A DNA stretch of 64,000 bases from an uncultured delta proteobacterium (GCA_963823335.1 CAWGLD010000002.1:32001-96000); one strand, 5' to 3'; shown: positions 32,122 through 43,684, numbered from the stretch's first letter. Notes: a model not told the origin generated them from the letters alone. Translations and numbers: made by a program.

Positions 32122-32400
32122 ATGGCACTTACAAAAGCGGATATCATCAATACGGTTCAAGCCGACGAAGGGTTAACAAAGCAGCAGAGTACGGATATCA
32201 TCGAAACCCTTATAGAAATAATAAAAAATACACTTCAGTCCGGCGAAGATGTCCTCATCAGCGGATTCGGAAAGTTTTGCATCCGGGACAAAAATGAGAG
32301 AAAGGGCCGGAACCCCGCTACGGGCGACGATTTGATGCTGGCACCGCGAAGAGTTGTGACATTCAAGTGCTCAGGTAAACTGCGGGATCGAATCAACTAA
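32122..32400 (+). CDS. ihfA: integration host factor subunit alpha
   Basis: MALTKADI, ISGFGKF, RKGRNPATG, RRVVTFKCS. Confidence 0.9.
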   Translation: MALTKADIINTVQADEGLTKQQSTDIIETLIEIIKNTLQSGEDVLISGFGKFCIRDKNERKGRNPATGDDLMLAPRRVVTFKCSGKLRDRIN

Positions 32401-32471
32401 CAACTGTCCGGCCCGCGAAGCAGTTATTGCGGAAACCGGTGCAGTCTGAGATAAATAAAAGTGACACAAAT

Positions 32472-32506
32472 AAAAATCCCTTGTATCTGCTACAAGGGAT
32501 TTTTTT
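32472..32506 (+). terminator. intrinsic terminator after ihfA
   Basis: AAAAATCCCTTGTA-TCTGC-TACAAGGGATTTTTTT. Confidence 0.8.
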
Positions 32507-32561
32507 ATGAAACACCCAGCCTGAGGGTGAGAAAATTATCATGAAATATCCGGGGTAAACC

Positions 32562-32666
32562 TATAGGGGGGTTGTCAGAAAAACGTTCCGATTGAGGATC
32601 TTTTTTCTGCTACAACCCCTTATGCCGCCATCCTATTTTCGGAACATTATTATGACAAGCGGTATA
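32562..32666. mobile_element. MITE-like element, copy 3 (105 bp)
   Basis: Same as 31472-31574 with two extra G and one substitution. Confidence 0.8.
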
Positions 32667-32669
32667 AGT

Positions 32670-32781
32670 TGAGCGATTGTCGAGGTTGCCGCAGCTACAA
32701 GGAAGATGCTGTTCCGCTATAGTGTGAACTATGCGGTATGGCATCTGACGCCGTAGATGCGGTAAGATCGGCAATCGCTCA
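32670..32781. repeat. 112-nt imperfect hairpin
   Basis: TGAGCGATTGTCGA..GCCGCA..CTAC..AGATGC..ATAGT-GTGA-ACTAT..GCATCT..GTAG..TGCGGT..TCGGCAATCGCTCA. Confidence 0.7.
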
Positions 32782-32786
32782 TTAGG

Positions 32787-33260
32787 TTAAACGGTCTTGA
32801 TGTCAGCATCCCAGGAGCAATCGATGCCATTCTTCACGGACTGATAGGCAGGGCACATGTCCGCATAGACCTGAAGGGCTCTTTGCGCTTTTTGCAAAAG
32901 ATCTTTGGGGGCCTCGAATTGATATTTTAATCGAATCTTCGTAATTCTCAAGACGCCGTCAACAGCCTCCACATCTCCTTCGACATGGGCCACCAGGTTT
33001 TCTGTCGCTGATATTCCGCGCGCATCCAGCGCACCGGCAAGGGTTCCCGTCAGTCATCCGGCAACACCGGCAACCACATGGTCGAGGGTTGCCGGGTATT
33101 CCGGGCCTTCAAGTTTTCGCCCGTATTTTTCCTGGTAGAAATCCTTGATACCGCCATGGATACCGAAGTTTATGGGCGTATCAAAGTTTTTCAAATGGGC
33201 CGTTCGATGAGCCCCGGCATGCTTTTTTATGGTCAGATAACTAGTATAGGCAACAGTCAT
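32787..33260 (-). CDS. OsmC-like protein, predicted selenoprotein (UGA at 33056-33054)
   Basis: The two short ORFs join in frame: ..PATLDHVVAGVAG-U-LTGTLAGALDARG..YADMCPAYQSV; U at the first OsmC Cys position; GGAGG RBS. Confidence 0.85.
33016..33037 (-). promoter_or_regulatory. putative bacterial SECIS hairpin
   Basis: CCGGTGCGC-TGGAT-GCGCGCGG on the minus strand, 16 nt after UGA. Confidence 0.6.
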
Positions 33261-33333
33261 GATAACACCTCCTTATGGTTGTGCTTCAGATTGTAATCCA
33301 TATCCGGATTTTCCAGGCACTGAAAAATCCGGA

Positions 33334-35154
33334 TTAGTACATGGCCTCGATGAGATCACCAAAGGCTTTGTTGATAAAACTGCGCTTGACCTTCATGGTG
33401 GGGGTAACTTCACCATCCTCTTCATAGAGTTTTTTGGGCAGGATAGTAAATTTTTTGACCTGTTCTACACGGGACAGGGATTCATTGACGGTCTTGATTT
33501 CGCTTTCGATAAGTTTGTTGATCTCTTCGTGCTGAGTGAGATCCTTGTAGGTGGAAAACTGAACCTTGTGGTCCTGGGCAAACTTGACGACATTGTCTTC
33601 ATCGATGATAATCAGGCAGGACAGGAATTTACGGCGGTCTCCAATGACTACGGCATCATTGATATAAAGACTGGCCTTGAGTTTGTTCTCGATATACTGC
33701 GGGGTGATATTTTTCCCGCCTGCCGTGACAATGATATCTTTTTTACGATCGGTGATAGTCAGAAAACCGTCCTGGTCAATGGTCCCCACGTCCCCGGAGT
33801 GAAGCCAGCCGTCCACGATGGTTTCAGCGGTGGCTTGCGGGTTCTTGAAATAGCCCATGAACACACCCGGGGACTTGACGAGTATTTCTCCGTCATCGGC
33901 AATTTTGATTTCAACCCCTTTCAGGGGCAGGCCCACCGATCCAAATTTGACGTGCCCGATTTCGGAGGTCGTGGTGACGCCGGTACCCTCGGTCTGGCCA
34001 TAGCCTTCCACCAGGTTGACACCGATGGAATGAAAAAAATGGAGAATTTCCGGCGCGATGGGGGCTGCACCGGAATAGGCGACCCGAACCCGGTCGAAGC
34101 CCATGCGTTCCTTGAGTTTCCGGAACACGGCGAAGTGGGCCAGACCAAATAAGAGTTTATTGGATAACGGAATCGGTTCAAAATTCATTTCCAGGGTGGC
34201 GTGTTTCTTTCCTATTTTCATGGCCGCCCCGAATACAATCCGTTTGAACCAGGTGGCATCGGACATGCGGATCATGATGGCGGAATAGTATTTTTCCCAT
34301 ATTCGCGGCACCGCGTGTGCTACGGTGGGAGAAATTTCGATCATGTTGTCCACCACCGTATCCGGACTCTCGATAAAATTGACGATATGGCCCACCTGAA
34401 AGTGGGCCAGAATGGTAAAGAGCTGTTCAAAAATATGACACAGGGGCAGAAACGACATGATGGCGTCGTCGTCAAACATGGGGTTGTTGGATGTAAGCGC
34501 GCTTCCCATCCAGACGCAGTTGCGATGCGACAGCATGGCTCCCTTGGGAGGACCGGTGGTTCCGGAGGTATAGATGAGGACGGATAGATCTTCGGGATCG
34601 ATCTGGTCAATTCTGTTTTGAAGCATGTCCGGATTTTCCTGGGCAGTCTTTTCTCCCAATACCAGCAGATCGTCGAATGACATCACCAGGGGGTCGTCGA
34701 AGTTGCGCAGGCCTTCGGTGTCCCAGACGATGACCTTTTTTAAAGCGGGCACGTTGTCTCGAAAATGCAGCCATTTGTCCAGTTGTTCTTCATTTTCGGC
34801 AAACAGGAACTTGGCATCGGCGTTGGACACTACATATTCCACCTGCTGCCAGGCGTTGGTTGAATACACACCGGCCGCGCCGGCGCCGCAGCATTGAATG
34901 CCGACACTGGCGTAGACCCATTCCGGGCAGTTGTCACCGATAATGGCAACACAGTCGCTCTTTTCGAGTCCCATGGCCATCAGTGCGCAGGCGACATTCT
35001 TGACATTCTCATGATAGTCATTCCAGGTGATGTCATGCCAGAGCCCATATTCCTTCTTGCGCATGGCCGTCCGGGAACCCCAGTTTTTAACGGCCGCCAG
35101 AAATGCGGCCGGTACGGTCTGATTTTCTGTGTTCATAGTGTTTGTTGAGTTCAT
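33334..35154 (-). CDS. long-chain fatty acid-CoA ligase
   Basis: YTSGTTGPPKG, EGYGQTE, GWLHSGD, TDRKKD, TPTMKVKR. Confidence 0.9.
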   Translation of the reverse strand: MNSTNTMNTENQTVPAAFLAAVKNWGSRTAMRKKEYGLWHDITWNDYHENVKNVACALMAMGLEKSDCVAIIGDNCPEWVYASVGIQCCGAGAAGVYSTNAWQQVEYVVSNADAKFLFAENEEQLDKWLHFRDNVPALKKVIVWDTEGLRNFDDPLVMSFDDLLVLGEKTAQENPDMLQNRIDQIDPEDLSVLIYTSGTTGPPKGAMLSHRNCVWMGSALTSNNPMFDDDAIMSFLPLCHIFEQLFTILAHFQVGHIVNFIESPDTVVDNMIEISPTVAHAVPRIWEKYYSAIMIRMSDATWFKRIVFGAAMKIGKKHATLEMNFEPIPLSNKLLFGLAHFAVFRKLKERMGFDRVRVAYSGAAPIAPEILHFFHSIGVNLVEGYGQTEGTGVTTTSEIGHVKFGSVGLPLKGVEIKIADDGEILVKSPGVFMGYFKNPQATAETIVDGWLHSGDVGTIDQDGFLTITDRKKDIIVTAGGKNITPQYIENKLKASLYINDAVVIGDRRKFLSCLIIIDEDNVVKFAQDHKVQFSTYKDLTQHEEINKLIESEIKTVNESLSRVEQVKKFTILPKKLYEEDGEVTPTMKVKRSFINKAFGDLIEAMY

Positions 35155-35265
35155 TGAGTTTAGTATCTAGTATTTTGTATTTGGTGTTTGGTTGTGAGGC
35201 ATGTGCTGCAATATCCCGACCCGTCAGAGCGGCGGAGCCGCGTCAAATAAATTCGCAAAGCGAAT

Positions 35266-36025
<760 letters not shown>

Positions 36026-36042
<17 letters not shown>

Positions 36043-36814
36043 CGTCGTCTTCTCCCAAATAGGCTCGCAATACTTCAGGATGTTTCTGAACCTCTTGCGG
36101 CGTTCCCTCGGTAATGGTTTCTCCGAAATTTATGGCCAGGATACGGTCTGAGATGTCCATGACCATGGTCATGTCGTGTTCGATCAGCAGGATGGTGATA
36201 CCCAGTTCGTCCTGGATATCCTTGACCCAGAAGATCATGTCCTGCTTTTCTTCGGCATTCATGCCGGCACAGGGTTCGTCCAGGAGCAGCAGTTCCGGTT
36301 CCAGTGCCAGGGCCCTGGCGAGTTCGATCTGTTTCTGGGTGCCGTAGGGCAGGCCACCCACGAATTTGTTGCGCGCCGACTGAAGATCCAGGAGATCGAT
36401 AATTTCTTCCACTTTTTTGCGATGGGAAGCTTCCTCTTTGCCGGCAAAGGAATTCTTCCCCCACAGAAAGGCGCCTCGGAACAGACCGGTTTTCATATAC
36501 AGATGCCGTCCGATCATGATGTTTTCCATGGCGTTCATGTTGTTGAAGAGCTCGATGTTCTGGAATGTCCGGGCAATGCCCATCCTGGCGACTTTGTCCG
36601 GTTTTTTGCCCCGGATATCGCGGTCCTTGAAAAGGATTTGGCCCTGGTTGGGTTTGTAGATACCGTTGATGCAATTGAACAGGGTGGTTTTGCCGGCACC
36701 ATTGGGTCCGATGATGGCGTAGATCTCGCCCTTCTTGACCTCGAATGAGATGTCGTCGAGTGCCTTTAATCCGCCGAAATTGATGGACAGGTTTTTTACC
36801 TCAAAAAATGCCAT
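36026..36814 (-). CDS. ABC transporter ATP-binding protein (LivG-like)
   Basis: GPNGAGKT, RTFQN, LDEPCAG, IEHDM. Confidence 0.9.
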
Positions 36815-36848
36815 GAAATATTTATCCTATGCAAAAATATCCTGAGAA

Positions 36849-36887
36849 CATGGAGGCCGGATCCTGTTTCAGGTTCCAGCCTCCATG
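36849..36887 (-). terminator. intra-operon stem-loop after the substrate-binding gene
   Basis: CATGGAGGC..GCCTCCATG inverted repeat. Confidence 0.5.
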
Positions 36888-36973
36888 TATCAGTTTACCA
36901 ATCAACAAATAGAGCGACAATGTCGCGTCTCATTAAATCGTGACAGCAATTTTATTTACTCATGGGAATGTAG

Positions 36974-38204
36974 TCAGTCGTGAATCCAGTTAGTCAGAAC
37001 TTTGGATTTGCCGTCTGCTGTCGCTTGACCAAACAAACACCTCCTGTTGGCCGATGCGGCAAGTGGGTCATTGGGATCGAAGGGCGTATAACTGACACGA
37101 CCCATGATGCCCTGGAAATCTTTCATTTTTTCCATCTCGGCCACCAGTTTTTCACGGGTCAGATCCCGACCCACGCGCTTGAGGGCTTCCACAAACGGTT
37201 CCACATAGCCGATGCCGGCTGCAAAAGTCAGTCCCCAGCGTTCTTCCTTGGCAGCATATTTTTCAAAGGCATCCTTGCTTGTATTTTGCCAGCAACGGGA
37301 GCTGACGGGTTATTGGCATCTTCTATATTGCCAATGCCAACTGCTCCAGGGTCCATCATACCGAAAGCTGGCCAAAATGGTTCCGGCATACAGCCCTTTG
37401 GTGATGGCCATCATCAAGGGGATGATCACCACAGGTTGTTGTGGTCATCCACTGGGGATCGAACTGCATGGCCTTGCCGGTGCCGATGAGACGGGCCACA
37501 TGACCGAGGCCCGACAAAAAGAGCACTGCCTCGGCTTCAGCCTTTTTGAATTTCATGATATGGGGCTTCATGTCCGTGTCCGCCACATTCACCGGAATCT
37601 GCTCCACGAGTTCCAAACCGTACTTGGCCAGTTGCTTCTGGGCGCCTTCCAGTCCCTGTTTGCCGTAGTCATCGTTCTGGTAGGCGATGGCAAGTCTTTT
37701 AAAACCCAATGTGTTCACTGCATATTGACAAGAACTTGGGCATCCCCCAGATAGAGCGGATAGATGTTGAACAAATATTTTTGAGGCGGTTCAATCCAAT
37801 GGCGGGATCCGGCAGAAGGACCCAGCCAGGGGATTTTCCTTTCCATGAGATAATCTTTGACAGCCAGACCAGGGGCGGTGCCCACACCGGATACATAGGC
37901 AAACATACCGATTTCTTCCTGGAGTTGCTTGACACCGGCCATGGTTTTGGCCGGGTTGTAGCCATCGTCAAAATAATGGTGCACCAGCTTGCGCCCATGG
38001 ATGCCGCCTTCGGCGTTGATCATTTTGAAGTAGGCATCGGTTCCCCGGGCAACCGCTCCCCAGGGTGCTGCCGGACCGGTCATGGGTCCCCACTGGCCGA
38101 TGTGGATTTCAGTGTCTGTGACACCTTCTTCGGCTGAGGCCGTCAAGACCAGACCGAGTATCATCAGCCGTCACAGCAAAAACGCTTAAAAGATTCTTTT
38201 TCAT
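36974..38204 (-). pseudogene. ABC substrate-binding protein (LivK-like), multiple frameshifts
   Basis: Fragments GVTDTEIHIG..GGIHGRK..DDGYNP / YQNDDYG / GRDLTREKL in different frames; errors or decay. Confidence 0.75.
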
Positions 38205-38356
38205 CCTTCTTCTCCTTTTTTTGTTATTTGGTGTTTGGTGTATTGTATTTTCGTATTTTGTGTGTATCTGCTACTCTTCTAAGTCGATTTCGGGTGCGGT
38301 AAGATCTTCAACCTGAATCCAGATCTAAATACCTAAATCTATCTACCTATCTTAGG

Positions 38357-39236
38357 TTATACTTTCTTCACATAGTGCCTGGCAAACAAGCCGCTGGGCT
38401 TGAAACACAGCACCAGGACGATGACCACAAAAGCCACCACGGACTTGAATTCAATGGATACATAGCCACCGAAGAGATGTTCCACCACGCCCACGATATA
38501 GGCGCCGAAGACGCGCTCCGGGCAAAGAGGTCATACCCCCCACCACGGCGCCGGCGAATCCCTTGAGCATGGGGTCCCACATCATGTAGGGCTCCACCAG
38601 GACCGGCGCAATCAAAAGACCGGCCACACTTCCCACGGTAGCCGAGATACCCCAGGTAATCATGCGGATCTGGTTCGTCTTGATACCCATCAATGCGGCG
38701 GCGTTTTCGTTCTGCTGGGTCGCTTTCATGGCCACGCCGATTTTGGAGTACCTGAAAAAGAGAAACAGGATCAGCATGATGATCAGGGCCACCACCAGGG
38801 TCAGCATATCCAGGGTGCTGATGAAAATATCGCCAATGACGATACTGTCATAGGTCGAGATGGGAAAGGGCATGGCGCGCTGGTCGGCACCGAATTTCCA
38901 GGAGACAAACCCGATCAGCATCATTTCCATGACCGATGGTGATGATGATCAGACCCAGGACATTCGGTTCTTTGGCCCGTCGGAGAACGGCAAATTCCAG
39001 AAAACATCCCAGGAAAAGAGCAAAGATCAGGGTGGCGGGAAAGGCGATGTAATAGGGGATGTCCGTAAGAGTGAAAGCAGCATGAAGGCGATAAAGATCG
39101 GCAGAAGCGCCATTTCGCCCTGAACGAAATTGGGGACCTCGGAGGTCTTGTAGATCAGAACCATGCCGAGTCCCATGAGCGCATAGGAACTGCCCACGGC
39201 AATACCGCTGAGAACCATCTGTAGAAAATCGATCAT
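38357..39236 (-). pseudogene. ABC permease (LivH-like), frameshifted
   Basis: GSSYALMGLGMVLIYKTSEVPNF / GVAMKATQQN / VVGGMTS fragments. Confidence 0.75.
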
Positions 39237-39257
39237 TGCATTCCTCTTAAATTATCA

Positions 39258-39420
39258 TCACGAAAACACGAAAGAGCGAAAACACGAAAGAACGAATAAA
39301 GAGTGTTTTGTATCTGATGTTTGGTATTAGGGTTCCAGGAATCCGTAAAAGTCAGGGTCGCCCATACAACAAAACACAAAACACTACACACCAAACACAA
39401 AACACGAAATACCAAACACT
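39258..39420. repeat. degenerate 7-mer arrays in inverted arrangement (TGTTTGG / CCAAACA) plus CACGAAA repeats
   Basis: Intergenic between permease genes; similar arrays at about 2885-2925, 35155-35195, 38222-38265. Confidence 0.65.
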
Positions 39421-40471
39421 AATAGGGCCACATCTTCCAGTATTTCTTGGTTCGTATCCAGATACCGTAAATACCCAGGGGTTCAAAAAGCATGATCGCG
39501 ATCAGGATCGATCCGAATACGATCATCTGGATATTGGAGACGCCGGTGATGGAAAAATAGCTTTCTGGACAGGGTCTTCAAGCCATTCTCCAATATAGGG
39601 TACTCCCAGAATATTTCGCAGCTGAAGGTCGAGTAAAGCCGAGAAGACATGCGCCGGCAATGGGTCCCATCATGGAGCCGAGCCCCCCCACCACCGCCAT
39701 GGTCAGGAACATGACCGACATGAAAAGGCTGAACAGTTCCGGTTCGATAAAGCGCAGCACAAAGGCGTACAGGCCGCCGCCCACGCCCGCATAAAAGGCG
39801 CTGACGGCAAAGGCCAGTGTTTTGTAGAGCGTCAGGTTGATTCCCATGGTTTCGGCGGCGATATCGGCATCGCGGATGGCGATAAACGCCCGGCCGACTT
39901 TTGTGTGGACGAGATTGCGGGCCAGGACCGCCAGGAGGATGGTGATGGGAATCAGAAGGAAGTAAAAATCCTTGTCGGTATTCAAATGCCAGGGGCCGAT
40001 GGTCAGTTCCGGGGCGTGCAGCCCTTGACGTTCGCCCAGAATTTTAATTTTGCCGATAATCTGGGTGATGGTGATGCCGAATCCGAGTGTGGCGATGGCA
40101 AGATACGGTCCTTCCAGTCGCAGGGCAGGCAGACCCAGCAGGAATCCGAAAACAGCCGCAATAAGTCCTGCCACGGGCAGGGCCAGCAGAAACGGAAAGT
40201 GGGCGTGGGTCATCAGGGCAACGGTGCCATAGGCGCCAATGGCAAAAAAACCGGCATGCCCCATGGATATCTGTCCGGTGTAGCCCACCAGAAGGTTGAG
40301 ACCGATGACGACGATGACATTGATGGCCATGTAGTTGGCCACGTACACATAATAATTTTTGGCGACAAACGGGAAGAGGGCCAGTCCGATAACCAGAAGA
40401 CTCAGCCAGAAGGCGATGGTACCGGATGTAAAGAACTGCACATCCTCATAGTAATCCCTTTTCATGTCCAT
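39419..40471 (-). pseudogene. ABC permease (LivM-like), frameshifted near 3' end
   Basis: GYTGQISMGHAGFFAIGAY, LRLEGPYLAIATL, VGGLGS; C-terminus KKYWKMWPY* in another frame. Confidence 0.75.
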
Positions 40472-40644
40472 GGGTGAATTCTCCTGGATGCCGGGTCAGC
40501 GATTGTTGAAATGAGAGGTCTAAATACCCATGGAACCCTGCTTTAGTCAAGAAAAAAGAATTCCCAATTCCTTAAAGTGTGATTGCAGTCTTCTGTTCAA
40601 TGGCGTATATTTAAGGTGTGTCAGGACCTATTAGGAGATACCCC

Positions 40645-40866
40645 TTGGGGAACTTTATAGACAAAATACCCTATACCCTTCTGATTATTTTGGCCGTGTT
40701 TATGCTGCTGGCGCCTTTTCGACCCATGCCTCACGTAATCGAAAAGCTGATGATGCTAAAAAACGGCACATTGTACAGACCCATCGATATCTTTGACCTG
40801 TTTTACCATCTGACGCCACTGATCGTGCTACTGATAAAGTTTTACAGAGATCGTACCCGTAACTGA
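40645..40866 (+). CDS. small membrane protein
   Basis: AGGAG RBS + TTG; LAPFRPMPHVIEKL..PIDIFDLFYH. Confidence 0.6.
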   Translation: MGNFIDKIPYTLLIILAVFMLLAPFRPMPHVIEKLMMLKNGTLYRPIDIFDLFYHLTPLIVLLIKFYRDRTRN

Positions 40867-41007
40867 TGGTGGCCAGGATATTTGGAGGCTGGGAAGCTGG
40901 GATGCCTGGATGCTGCCCCATCGGTTGGAAGCTTTAAGCCGCCCTCCAACCCTTGTATCACCCTCGGACCCTCCAACCCTTCGAACCTGAATCCTTAAAC
41001 TCTCCTG

Positions 41008-41832
41008 TCACTTCACCACCCTCAACCGGTGCGTATCTTTCAGTTTATTCCACATCATCCTGATAAGCACCATGGGCAGGTTCGACTGATCCAGGTTTTC
41101 CTTCTCGGCAGCCGCCACACATGAATGGTATAGTGATGCATCCTGGGACCAGACGTCGAGTTTTTTCTTTATATACAGACCCAGGGTCAACTGAAGCGGG
41201 GCGAGCTCCTCTTTTCTCAAATTGGCCATTAGCGTACGGTCCTTCAGCTGCATCTCATTGATAATGATGTCAACGGCCGCTTGCACCGTTTTAGGTTGAA
41301 CGACCGTTTTCAGTGACTGGGCCAGAAGTTCCTGTGCTCCCATGGAATGGTTCATGCTGGTCTCTGTCAGGTTCAGAAAATAGACAGCCTGCAGAATGTC
41401 CAGCGTTGCTGAATATATTTTGTGGTCTTCTTTTTCGGTTGGGCCTGTGACATGAAGTATGTTGAGGTCGTTGTCGATGAGCCAGTCATTGATCAAGGAC
41501 GCGGCATTGAAGGCATTGGTGCTTTTCAGATCTAGATGGAGTAGTGGTGTGCTGTACCTCTGGAGCGTCTTTTTTGTGTTTTTTACGTTGCTGGATAATG
41601 TTCCATGGGAAAGCATCAAGGTTCCGTCTGACACCCGGATATTTTTTTTTAAGGCTTCAGTTGGGTTGCTTGTGGCCATTTCAGTTAGATTGTACCTGTC
41701 TGCGTTTATGCCACCGGGGTGGCTGCTTTCTTTGGGTATCCAACCGCCGCAGGCCATACCGAGTTTGATGGCCGCATCTAGAGCGGCCAGCTCTGCACCG
41801 GATCGGCCACCGGATATAATTTTCTCAATCAT
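41008..41832 (-). CDS. SLOG/putative molybdenum-carrier family protein with C-terminal extension
   Basis: KIISGGRSGAELAALD, GGWIPK, SDGTL, LHVTGP. Confidence 0.7.
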   Translation of the reverse strand: MIEKIISGGRSGAELAALDAAIKLGMACGGWIPKESSHPGGINADRYNLTEMATSNPTEALKKNIRVSDGTLMLSHGTLSSNVKNTKKTLQRYSTPLLHLDLKSTNAFNAASLINDWLIDNDLNILHVTGPTEKEDHKIYSATLDILQAVYFLNLTETSMNHSMGAQELLAQSLKTVVQPKTVQAAVDIIINEMQLKDRTLMANLRKEELAPLQLTLGLYIKKKLDVWSQDASLYHSCVAAAEKENLDQSNLPMVLIRMMWNKLKDTHRLRVVK

Positions 41833-41834
41833 TA

Positions 41835-42927
41835 TAGGGGACGTTCCTTGGTAAATTGATAATTATACTTTATACGAATCTTAAATTGTTATCCCTTGCG
41901 ATTTTTTCTCCGCGCTTTGCGGATTGGCTTACGGTCGGCTGAGATATTTTTAAACGTTTAGACAAGTCCACCATGCTCATGCCGAGTTCCCTCGTTGCCC
42001 AGAAACACAATAAGCTTCTGGCTTTCACCCGTATGGGTTGTCTACCCTTAGACAAAACGTCAGCAATTTCGATGCCCAATATTTCAGCGACACGAGCGAC
42101 AACAGAACTAAAATTGTATCCTTTGGCTTTCAATAAATATTTATGTTCGTATTCCTCCTGGCAGGATTGAAGCACGGCTTCGATAAAATCACTGTCGCCT
42201 AAAATTCTCTCATCTCCCTTCATATACACTCTTCTTTTTCTCAACTCTTTGAGAGCGTGCCAACCGCCTACACTTCTGACGAGACCGCCACCGACGAGAT
42301 CTGGCCTTTTTCCAGCGGATATTCCTTTTTGTATGTATTCGTGGTATTGCTGACGCGCTGATGACAACCTTCCAGGAAAATAATTAAGAATGTATTCAGT
42401 AGTTTGCCAATCATTTAGCTCAGTTCCAACTATCGCTGCATGACCGCTGTACCTGTATCTATCAAGCGAATTCAAATCCAGTACAATACCAGCGCGGAGA
42501 GGGTTCAAATGGATATATCTTACCAGTTCTAAGAGATATGTGTCTTCCTGGCAAAGAATTGATTTGTATCTATTCTGAAATAGATGACCGGCACGATCAT
42601 GTTTGTGATTGAAATAAACGGCATAACCGGTCAGTAGCCGTCTCATTATAGTTGAAATCGATGTATTGCCGGTTTTCAAAAGCAAATGAACATGATTGGG
42701 CATTAATGACCAGGCAAAGCAAAATGCTGCCCCATCCTTTATGATACTTTTAAATCGCTCAATAAAATTATCTCTATCGGCATCATCTTGAAAAATCGGT
42801 TTTTTATCGATTCCTCTCATAATAATATGATGTAAAGCCCCTGGGGCATCTATTCTTGATTGGCGTGGCATATTTATTTTATTACAGAGAACTATCACGA
42901 TGTCAAGATACAAAGGAACGTCCCCTA
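41835..42927. mobile_element. RAYT transposase element bounded by 15-bp perfect inverted repeats
   Basis: TAGGGGACGTTCCTT (41835-41849) and AAGGAACGTCCCCTA (42913-42927); more AT-rich than flanks. Confidence 0.75.
41870..42871 (-). CDS. REP-associated HUH tyrosine transposase (RAYT/Y1_Tnp) with C-terminal HTH
   Basis: MPRQSRID..HHIIMRG, MPNHVHLL, GHLFQNRYKS, YIHLNP, YSGH. Confidence 0.9.
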   Translation of the reverse strand: MPRQSRIDAPGALHHIIMRGIDKKPIFQDDADRDNFIERFKSIIKDGAAFCFAWSLMPNHVHLLLKTGNTSISTIMRRLLTGYAVYFNHKHDRAGHLFQNRYKSILCQEDTYLLELVRYIHLNPLRAGIVLDLNSLDRYRYSGHAAIVGTELNDWQTTEYILNYFPGRLSSARQQYHEYIQKGISAGKRPDLVGGGLVRSVGGWHALKELRKRRVYMKGDERILGDSDFIEAVLQSCQEEYEHKYLLKAKGYNFSSVVARVAEILGIEIADVLSKGRQPIRVKARSLLCFWATRELGMSMVDLSKRLKISQPTVSQSAKRGEKIARDNNLRFV

Positions 42928-43009
42928 AAATGGTGGAGGGTGTGTAAGTGATAAAATGCTTGAAATTCTTTGATAAGCGGGGGAAGATATCAAAATGTCG
43001 GCCAGGAAG

Positions 43010-43684
43010 ATGCACATAATCGAAAAGATACCTTTGGTGTTGCCCCTTGGAGAAATCAGGCGCCAGCTTCACCTGAAAAAGGACACACACTGGGATGAGG
43101 TCAAAGCTCTCATCCAGACAGTACTGCCGGATATTCAGGCCAAGGCAGTATACCGGGTTTGCTATATCGATGAAAAGCGGGACGATAGTATCGGCATGAA
43201 CGGGGTGCGCTTCAGAAGCCGGGTGCTGGCAAAAAACCTGTCAGAGGTGGAGCGGGTGTTCCCGTTCGTTGTCACCATCGGGAGCCACTATTTGGCGCAG
43301 GCCGACACGCAAAAGGATCTGGTAGTGAAATACTATCTCGACGTGATAGGCAACATTGCCCTGAGTAGCGTGCGAAAATATCTCGAACAATCGTTGCAGT
43401 CAAGGTATGGTCTCGAGGGCATGTCCTTCATGAGTCCCGGATCATTGGCGGATTGGCCTCTGGAAGAGCAGCGACCCCTGTTTACCCTGTTTGGAGACGG
43501 AAAAACCCCCATCGGTGTGTCCCTCAACAGCAACTGCCTGATGATCCCAACAAAATCGGTGTCCGGTATCTATTTTCCCACTGAGGTCCCATTTGTCAGC
43601 TGCCAGCTTTGTGACCGCAAGGATTGCTCTTCCCGAAAGGCTGCCTATGATCCAAAAATTGAAGCGGAATTTGGTGTGTCATAG
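43010..43684 (+). CDS. stand-alone MetH activation-domain-like protein
   Basis: FVVTIG, SPGSLADWPLEEQ, MIPTKSVSGI, C-terminal CQLCDRKDC. Confidence 0.75.
   Translation: MHIIEKIPLVLPLGEIRRQLHLKKDTHWDEVKALIQTVLPDIQAKAVYRVCYIDEKRDDSIGMNGVRFRSRVLAKNLSEVERVFPFVVTIGSHYLAQADTQKDLVVKYYLDVIGNIALSSVRKYLEQSLQSRYGLEGMSFMSPGSLADWPLEEQRPLFTLFGDGKTPIGVSLNSNCLMIPTKSVSGIYFPTEVPFVSCQLCDRKDCSSRKAAYDPKIEAEFGVS

Noticed and set aside
43595-43630. CQLCDRKDC as a radical-SAM motif (hidden pylB)
   Set aside because: Spacing is CxxCxxxxC at the C-terminus of a small protein, not CxxxCxxC in a TIM barrel.
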